From Candidatus Heimdallarchaeum endolithica (lineage in GTDB: Archaea; Asgardarchaeota; Heimdallarchaeia; Heimdallarchaeales; Heimdallarchaeaceae): a stretch of DNA of 64,000 bases. Positions 57,416-64,000 of this stretch are shown here, piece after piece. Position numbers and translations under genes: made by a program. The stretch is taken from NCBI GenBank assembly GCA_021513715.1, contig CP084167.1:1216001-1280000 (forward strand). Direction: 5' to 3'. The notes under the pieces are model-generated. The model searched no databases and was not told where the DNA came from. It worked only from the letters and a program-made list of their open reading frames with translations. Every line of letters starts with the position of its first letter. Position 1 is the first letter of the stretch.

Positions 57416-59176
57416 TTGCTACATCATGAAGATAAATTTATTTTAGATACAAATTTTATTATTAGTGCTTTTGAGAAAAAACCCTCAACAATTACTACTT
57501 TCATAAAGAAGATAAGAAACCTCAATATTCAGCTACTAATTACAAATCATATTATCAAAGAAATTAGGTGGTATTTGCGTAGAAGAATAATAAATGAAAT
57601 TACAATTAAAGAAGTTTCCACTAAAGAAATTAGAAAACTTCTTTCTGAACTTGAAAAAAAGAAGATATCACCGCCACATTTTCCTGACTTATCTAATATT
57701 GTACTTGCAAAAAAATTAAGCGGTACAGTTGTAACAAGTGATCTTCAACTTGTAAAAACTTGTGAAAAATTGGGTATTCCAGTTCACATGTCTTCTTCAT
57801 TTGTATTCTTTTTAAAAGAAAAGGCAAACGATTTTGCAGACAAGAAATACTTTAATGAATTATATGATAACATTCTCTCTGATGAAATTAAACACAGTGT
57901 AGAACAGAGTGAAATATATAATCCTGTTTATAGGATAAAAGAAATTCAACTACATGCGATTAAAGTTTTACAAAAACTGCCTAAAATTTCTCCTTATAAG
58001 CCACAAGAGATGGTCTTCCTAAAAGAAGAAAACGAACTTTTAGACTTAATCAATGAAATAGAATTTGAGATGCCAAATTATATTACACAGATTCGTGACG
58101 CTAAAAACTTAGAAACTCTTGAAATAGAATTGAAAGACATTTATAATCAGATTAATGACATTGTTTGGCAATTACAACTTCTACTCAAAACAAGAAAGAG
58201 CCCAATTTTATCTGCATCAATAAGAATAAAAGCTAGAGTACTATTTATTTTAAGTATTGTCGAGTTTACATTATTAAACTTTGGAAAATTAGAAAATACT
58301 TTGAATATTCTCTCGGAGATAGCTTCTACTTCACCAGATATGGTCTCAGATTTATTTATGGATTTACAGTTTCTGAGAATGGTTTTTTTCTTTGTTACTC
58401 AAAATTACAATCGGTTAACCGGATACTTTTCTGATAATTTTCTTCTATTATGTGAAATTGAAAGAAGAACAGACTTAACAAAACTTACACGAACTATAAT
58501 TTTTGCTTGTACCATTTTAGAAAGCAGAGTAATAGATAAGAATGCATCTTTAGAAGGTAAAAAAGAAATTTCTCTCTTATTCCAGCTAGGATATATTTTA
58601 TTACAAAAAAGAAAAATTGAAAATGCACTACTCATCTTGCTACAAACACATTACTTGGCATTGCAGATTAAAGATGAGAAATTAATCAGAAATTCTTTAG
58701 AGCTCATGATTGTTATCCATTACATCTCAAACGAGAATATAAGTACAGAAATAGAGCAAGGGTTATTAGAACTAAAAAAACTTAATCCATTTAATGTTCC
58801 AGTTTTTTCTATAAAAGAAGAATTAGATCTAGGTATTTTCACTGAAAAAGAGTTTAAATCTGTTGACAGCTTCCCTAGTCTGCTAAAAGAATGGTTCTAT
58901 ATTTATGATTATTTGAAAAAAGATGAAGAAGGACAAACAAAAACAGTAATTTTTGTTATTAATCCTTATTTTTCACCCAAGACAGTCTTTATTACTACTC
59001 AAATCTTGCCCATGTATGAACTTCGACCTGGAAGACAAATAAAAATAATAAAAGGAATGCTGAAAATCAATAAGTGTAATTATAATTATGAAAAAAGGGA
59101 AGTTGATTTAGTAATTGAAATCAAAGAAGCTTTATTCTCTCTTAGAGACCCATGGGGAATGAAAATACTCAGGTAA
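57416..59176 (+). CDS. PIN-domain protein with long C-terminal helical region
   Basis: FILDTNFII...EI...PDLS...VVTSDLQL PIN acidic residues. Confidence 0.75.
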   Translation: MLHHEDKFILDTNFIISAFEKKPSTITTFIKKIRNLNIQLLITNHIIKEIRWYLRRRIINEITIKEVSTKEIRKLLSELEKKKISPPHFPDLSNIVLAKKLSGTVVTSDLQLVKTCEKLGIPVHMSSSFVFFLKEKANDFADKKYFNELYDNILSDEIKHSVEQSEIYNPVYRIKEIQLHAIKVLQKLPKISPYKPQEMVFLKEENELLDLINEIEFEMPNYITQIRDAKNLETLEIELKDIYNQINDIVWQLQLLLKTRKSPILSASIRIKARVLFILSIVEFTLLNFGKLENTLNILSEIASTSPDMVSDLFMDLQFLRMVFFFVTQNYNRLTGYFSDNFLLLCEIERRTDLTKLTRTIIFACTILESRVIDKNASLEGKKEISLLFQLGYILLQKRKIENALLILLQTHYLALQIKDEKLIRNSLELMIVIHYISNENISTEIEQGLLELKKLNPFNVPVFSIKEELDLGIFTEKEFKSVDSFPSLLKEWFYIYDYLKKDEEGQTKTVIFVINPYFSPKTVFITTQILPMYELRPGRQIKIIKGMLKINKCNYNYEKREVDLVIEIKEALFSLRDPWGMKILR

Positions 59177-60113
59177 GTTTTTCTTTCCATTCATCTATTG
59201 TTTTTAATATTTCTTCAACATCAATAGGCTTTCTTCTCATCTTTTCTATTAGTTGGCTCATGTTATGTCTCATAAAAGGAGAAAGAGCACTAGCTTCCAT
59301 TAAAGCATCTCTTGCTTTGTCAAAAGCTTTTATTATCTGCTCCTTATCTCTTGACACTGTCACTATTGTCTTAAGATTATCAAAAACCTTCTTTGGTTCA
59401 ACATTTTCCCAATCTTCTTCAATATTAGTTTCTTGAACTAGGGAAGAAGTAATTAAAGCGTATCCCTCTCCTATCTGTTTAATTAGACCTTTTCTTTCAA
59501 GATTGAATAGAAGTTGATCTATTTTCCTTTTTTCCACACCAAGTTCATTTGCTAATGATTCAGAGTTTTTTGGGAGAGTGGAACTTGATAGAATACCCAA
59601 AATTCTTTGAGAAACTGTACCATTTTTTTTACAATATTGAACAAGAGAAGTTAAGGCAGTTACAAATTTATCATCAGTAGGCTTTGAATAATAAGTCACT
59701 AATTCCTCAAGAAAGTTCTCAATTTCTCCAGTTTCTATATGTACAGGAGTAAAACTTTCAGGTTCTTTTGGTTTACCAAAAGTTTCTTTTTTCAATCTAT
59801 CAATTTCTATCTCCAGATCTCTTATCTTTAACTTAAGCTCATTTTCTCTTTCATCTCGAGCTTGTGCATCTTGCTCTTTCCAATATCGCTCTTCTTCCAT
59901 TCTCTTGGAATATTTCTCTATCTCTTCATCTTTCTGTTGAATAACTTGTTTAAGTTTAGCTATTTCAGTATTTAGATTTTCTATCATATTTGATTGATGG
60001 GAGATACGTTGTTGTAGTTGAGACATATATTGCTCTTGAGCTTGCATTTGCAATTTCATACGTCTAACGTCATTTTCTTCTCCACCGTCTGCCCCATATG
60101 GAGTCCTTACCAC
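59169..60113 (-). CDS. Coiled-coil plus winged-helix hypothetical protein
   Basis: Long Q/E/K heptads; SESLANELGV...L..LERKGLI wHTH. GTG start at 60113 after GAGGTGA. Confidence 0.75.
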   Translation of the reverse strand: MVRTPYGADGGEENDVRRMKLQMQAQEQYMSQLQQRISHQSNMIENLNTEIAKLKQVIQQKDEEIEKYSKRMEEERYWKEQDAQARDERENELKLKIRDLEIEIDRLKKETFGKPKEPESFTPVHIETGEIENFLEELVTYYSKPTDDKFVTALTSLVQYCKKNGTVSQRILGILSSSTLPKNSESLANELGVEKRKIDQLLFNLERKGLIKQIGEGYALITSSLVQETNIEEDWENVEPKKVFDNLKTIVTVSRDKEQIIKAFDKARDALMEASALSPFMRHNMSQLIEKMRRKPIDVEEILKTIDEWKEKLT

Positions 60114-60176
60114 AAAAGTCACCTCAATTATAAGCAATATTCTCTCCCATAGTTAAAAAATTTTAGATTTGGAAAA

Positions 60177-60782
60177 TTAGCCCAATATTTCTAGCAAAAT
60201 GATTTCAAATATCTTTTTACACCTTGAAACATTAGAATAAGGCCATTTCTTGTCTTCTGTATTAAGAACATAGTCTGCTAAAGCCATTACTGAACCTACC
60301 CCATAACCTAGCTCTTTTTTATTTCGTGCCAGAAAATTATCAAAATTCCTTAGATATTCATCTTCCTTTGCTTTAGAACTATCCTCTCCTTCTTTTCTGT
60401 CAGGATTATCTAAACGTCCAAATCTTGTTCTCAAAGAAGCATGAAATGCAATAATAAAGACATTTGTTTCTCCAAAATGGTTTTTCAAAACTTCAATTTC
60501 AGAAACTGCTCGAATCCCAGAGACGAAAACTGCTTTAATTTCTTTATCTAAATTGTCAATCTTCTCAATCAATCGTTCAGTAAAATAACTATCAGATATT
60601 TTCTTACAATCATCTGTAACCTTCTTTATATTTTCTGGGATAAAATCAAAGCCTCGTTTTTTCACTTCTTCCAAAACTACTGTTCCTGTTTCAAACAGAG
60701 GAATATTGTATTTTTCGCCATAGATTTTGGCATAAGTTGTTTTTCCTGCTAACGGAAGAGATGTGAGAACTATAACCTTCAT
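60177..60782 (-). CDS. Archaeal dephospho-CoA kinase-like P-loop kinase
   Basis: SLPLAGKT, G.VV.EE, GIR...E, RF.RL, KEL.YGVG.V.A.ADY. ATG at 60782. Confidence 0.75.
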   Translation of the reverse strand: MKVIVLTSLPLAGKTTYAKIYGEKYNIPLFETGTVVLEEVKKRGFDFIPENIKKVTDDCKKISDSYFTERLIEKIDNLDKEIKAVFVSGIRAVSEIEVLKNHFGETNVFIIAFHASLRTRFGRLDNPDRKEGEDSSKAKEDEYLRNFDNFLARNKKELGYGVGSVMALADYVLNTEDKKWPYSNVSRCKKIFEIILLEILG

Positions 60783-60839
60783 ACCCTCAATTTTATATGG
60801 TATAAAATAAATTTTTCTTAAAAAAATAAAAAAATAAAC

Positions 60840-60906
60840 GGTCAGAGAGCTCCAGTGGTTCATAGTAAGCCATAGCTTAACTCCCCCGGTCTATGAGGCT
60901 CTGACC
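60840..60906 (-). ncRNA. Candidate small structured RNA (67 nt)
   Basis: GC-rich island closed by a GGTCAGAG/CTCTGACC stem; TTTAAATA box about 21-28 nt upstream and an oligo-T tract downstream on the minus strand. Confidence 0.5.
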
Positions 60907-60963
60907 TAAATTAACTTCTACATTTTTATTTAAAAATTAACTGATTAAATATAGAAAAACCAT

Positions 60964-61421
60964 TTGGTACTTGGTGTCAAAAAAGAAATAAATCTAGATC
61001 TTTTCTTATCTGCATTAAACATCGAATATTGTAAAACTTTAGAATATCTTATAGTTGAAGTGAAAAACGATCAAATTGTAGAGAATCTTACCCCTAATTT
61101 CCAAAGAATTTTAGATGGACATTTACCCAAGAATGTTGGATTAGTAATTGTTACTTCTCAATCTACTTCTAAAGAGGAGTTTGACTTTGTTTCTCGTTGC
61201 TTTGCCCCTTGGTTTGCAATAAATGAAGACCCGGTAACAGGTTCTGCTCACACTATTTGTATCCTTACTGGAGTAAAAGGCTAATGAAAAAAGAATTAAA
61301 TGCTTATCAATGTTCTCCACGTGGAGGAATTCTTCATCTTCTACCTTCAAAAGTTTCTGAAAGAGTTTACATTGTAGGAAAAGCAACTGTTGTTTTAAGT
61401 GGTAATCTATTTCTTAATTAA
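60964..61421 (+). pseudogene. PhzF-family epimerase pseudogene (5'-truncated, frameshifted)
   Basis: SRCFAP..INEDPVTGSAH, then a frameshift near 61252 to YLYPYWSKRL...YQCSPRGG...VYIVGKA; N-terminal half absent. Confidence 0.8.
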
Positions 61422-61430
61422 TTTTATTTT

Positions 61431-61462
61431 TTGACTGACCGTTAATTTTATATATCAGTCAA
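61431..61462. promoter_or_regulatory. Inverted repeat enclosing the TATA box of grpE-dnaK (candidate heat-shock operator)
   Basis: TTGACTGA-N16-TCAGTCAA around TTTTATATA. Confidence 0.45.
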
Positions 61463-61563
61463 TGTCTTGAAAGTATCAGAAAATTAGAAATCTGAATTAC
61501 GAGGTTACATTTAAACTCGGAGAACACACTATATACATTTGATATCAAGGAGAGTAGATTAGA

Positions 61564-62268
61564 TTGAATGAAGAAGAAAAGGAATTAGTAGAAGTAGATG
61601 TCAACGAAGAGGGTATTGAAGAGATATCTGTTGGTGAACAAAAACAAGAAACTGAATCTAAAGAAGAAAGTAAAGAAAAGAAAGAGTCTCAAGATGAGGT
61701 CGACGAAATAGAAGAGTTACGAAAATCACTCAAAGCACTTTTCTCAGATCCTGAAGCGTTAATTGAGCAATATGTTGAATTATATAAAGAGCTCAAAGAA
61801 GCAAAGGAAAAGCGTGATGAGTATCTTTACCTTGCTCAAAAAACTCAAGCTAATTTAGAAAACTATAGAAAGCAAGTACACAAGGATCAACAATGGGCTA
61901 ATTTCCACAACAAGTCCAAAATCCTGGAGAAATTTCTTTCCATCTACGATGACCTTGCTAGAACTCAAGCTGAATTTGATAAGAATCCAGATATTGAACA
62001 TGTAAAAGAAGCTCTTCGCATGATATTTGAAAATTTCAAGGCTACTTTTGATAATTTAGAAGTTAAAGTAATTTCACCCAAAGAAGGTGAAAAATTCAAT
62101 CCTCGTATTCATGAAGCTATTCATGTTTTAGAGTTAGAGGACAAAGAAAACAACTCTATTATTGAGGTTGTAAGTTTAGGATTTATGTTACAAGACTTAG
62201 TTCTTCGTCCTGCTAAAGTCGTGATTTCAAAAGTAAAGAGTAAACAAAAAAATGAAAATAAAGATTAA
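61564..62268 (+). CDS. grpE: Nucleotide exchange factor GrpE
   Basis: ANLENYRK, FNPRIHEAI, GF.L.D.VLRPAKVVISK; directly upstream of dnaK. Confidence 0.95.
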   Translation: MNEEEKELVEVDVNEEGIEEISVGEQKQETESKEESKEKKESQDEVDEIEELRKSLKALFSDPEALIEQYVELYKELKEAKEKRDEYLYLAQKTQANLENYRKQVHKDQQWANFHNKSKILEKFLSIYDDLARTQAEFDKNPDIEHVKEALRMIFENFKATFDNLEVKVISPKEGEKFNPRIHEAIHVLELEDKENNSIIEVVSLGFMLQDLVLRPAKVVISKVKSKQKNENKD

Positions 62269-62279
62269 GGTGATTAGAA

Positions 62280-64000
62280 ATGTCAGAAGAAAAGAAAGAA
62301 ACTAAGAAAGAAATAGTTGTTGGAATTGACTTAGGAACAACAAACTCTGCTATTGCCTACATGGTAGGAAACCAACCTCAGATTATTCCCAATGCTGAAG
62401 GAGGAAGAATCACTCCCAGTGTTGTAGCTTTTAATGAGGATGGAACCAGAACTGTTGGTATCCAAGCTAAAAGACAAGCTGTTGCCCAAGCTGAACGAAC
62501 AGTTATTGAGATTAAAAGAAAAATGGGTACCGATTATCGATTTGAAGTTGATGGAAAGAAATACAGACCTGAGGAAATCAGTGCTATGATTCTTTCCAAA
62601 CTCAAACATGATGCTGAAGAATATTTAGGTCAAAAAATTAACAAAGCAGTTATCACTGTTCCTGCATATTTCAGTGATTCTCAAAGACAAGCAACAAAAG
62701 ATGCAGGAGAGATAGCAGGTTTAGAAGTTTTAAGAATTGTTAACGAACCTACAGCATCCGCTCTAGCATATGGTCTTGATAAAGAAGAAGCTGAAAAGGT
62801 TCTTGTTTTTGATCTCGGTGGAGGAACTTTTGATGTTTCAATATTGGAATTAGACGAAGGATTATTCAGAGTAATTGCTACAAGTGGGAATAACCTTCTT
62901 GGAGGTTCTGATTGGGATCAAAAGATAATAGACTGGATGATTGAGGAATTTAAGAAAAATGAAGGAATTGACCTTTCTAGTGACCCAAAGATTGTACAAC
63001 GATTAAAAGATGCAGCAGAACAAGCCAAAATTGAATTAACATCCAAGCTCCAAACAAGGATTAATCTTCCCTATATCACTTTTGATCCAAAGACTAACAG
63101 TCCAAAACACCTAGAGATGACACTTACAAGAGCTAAATTTGAAGAGATGACAAGAGATCTTGTTGAAAAATGCCGTGGACCCTCCTTACAAGCAATGAAA
63201 GATTCAAAACTAAAGCCTGAAGATCTAGATAAAATCATTCTTGTTGGTGGAGCCACTCGTATGCCAATGATACAAAAAATGGTTAAGGAGCTTTTTGGTA
63301 AAGAACCTCACAAAGGAATTAACCCTGATGAAGTAGTTGCATTAGGAGCTGCTGTTCAAGCTGGAGTCTTAGCTGGAGAAGTAAAAGACATCCTTCTACT
63401 TGATGTTACTCCTTTAACTTTAGGTGTCGAGACACTAGGAGGAGTTATGACACCATTAATTGAACGAAACACTACTATACCAGTTACCAAGAAAAAAGTT
63501 TTCACTACAGCTGTTGATGGGCAACCAAGTGTAGAAATTCATGTTCTTCAAGGAGAACGTACAATGGCTAAAGATAACATTACTTTAGGCCGATTCCAGT
63601 TAGTGGGTATTCCTCCTGCACCTAGAGGTGTTCCTCAAATTGAAGTAAGTTTTGAAATAGATGCTAACGGCATTCTCAAAGTATTTGCAAAGGATTTAGG
63701 AACTGGAAAAGAACAATCAATCACTATCCAATCTTCTCATCTAACTGAAGAAGAGATCGAGAGAATGAGAAAAGAAGCAGAGCAATACAAAGAAGAAGAC
63801 CAAAAACGCAGAGAATTAATTGAAGCAAAAAATGGAGCAGAACAAGCAATCTATACTACTGAAAAAACAATAAAAGAAGCAGAAGATAAAATTACTGAGG
63901 ACGAGAAAAACGCATTGAATGCCAAAATTGAGGAATTAAGGAAGATTCTTGAGGGAGAGGATCTTGATAAAATTAAGAAAAAGACTGAAGAATTAATGCA
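62280..64000 (+). CDS. dnaK: Chaperone DnaK (Hsp70); runs off the window end
   Basis: ATG at 62280 after AGGTGA: [42 protein letters not shown]. Confidence 0.98.
   Translation, partial: MSEEKKETKKEIVVGIDLGTTNSAIAYMVGNQPQIIPNAEGGRITPSVVAFNEDGTRTVGIQAKRQAVAQAERTVIEIKRKMGTDYRFEVDGKKYRPEEISAMILSKLKHDAEEYLGQKINKAVITVPAYFSDSQRQATKDAGEIAGLEVLRIVNEPTASALAYGLDKEEAEKVLVFDLGGGTFDVSILELDEGLFRVIATSGNNLLGGSDWDQKIIDWMIEEFKKNEGIDLSSDPKIVQRLKDAAEQAKIELTSKLQTRINLPYITFDPKTNSPKHLEMTLTRAKFEEMTRDLVEKCRGPSLQAMKDSKLKPEDLDKIILVGGATRMPMIQKMVKELFGKEPHKGINPDEVVALGAAVQAGVLAGEVKDILLLDVTPLTLGVETLGGVMTPLIERNTTIPVTKKKVFTTAVDGQPSVEIHVLQGERTMAKDNITLGRFQLVGIPPAPRGVPQIEVSFEIDANGILKVFAKDLGTGKEQSITIQSSHLTEEEIERMRKEAEQYKEEDQKRRELIEAKNGAEQAIYTTEKTIKEAEDKITEDEKNALNAKIEELRKILEGEDLDKIKKKTEELM

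Noticed and set aside
60783-60863. N-terminal extension of the kinase ORF to 60863
   Set aside because: It runs through an oligo-T tract and the candidate RNA; ATG 60782 gives the normal family start.

Overview
AT-rich archaeal chromosomal window. Alba, the tRNA-splicing endonuclease EndA, NucS, A1:U72 tRNA-Gln genes, grpE-dnaK and several proteins with C-terminal TM-plus-basic-tail anchors fit an Asgard, probably Heimdallarchaeia-like, archaeon (taxonomy is inference). Housekeeping and metabolic genes fill about 1-26.7 kb and 45.6-64 kb. Between them, starting at two tRNA-Gln genes, is an accessory block: an orphan CRISPR array (about 77 copies of a 37-bp repeat, no cas genes in the window), an RHH/DUF5678 plus aspartic-protease pair, IS6-like end remnants bracketing a pstS-pstC/A(fused)-pstB-phoU operon, and an ABC exporter. 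Main observations: (1) a gene at 44.7-45.2 kb is broken by a 37-38 bp duplication around a 39-40 bp foreign insert, matching the repeat and spacer sizes of the resident array, which suggests a natural off-target Cas1-Cas2 integration (nascent 'neo-CRISPR'); (2) a GlnRS, unusual for archaea, whose bacterial-like core carries an archaeal GluRS-like N-terminal domain; (3) a 379-bp non-coding, RNA-structured mobile element that splits gcvH at a duplicated CATG; (4) two intact genes (glcD-like and menA) with no ATG/GTG/TTG start at the expected position, apparently starting at ATT; (5) a gene-direction-independent A/T skew that flips across the accessory block (candidate replication origin). All calls were made by eye, with no database searches.
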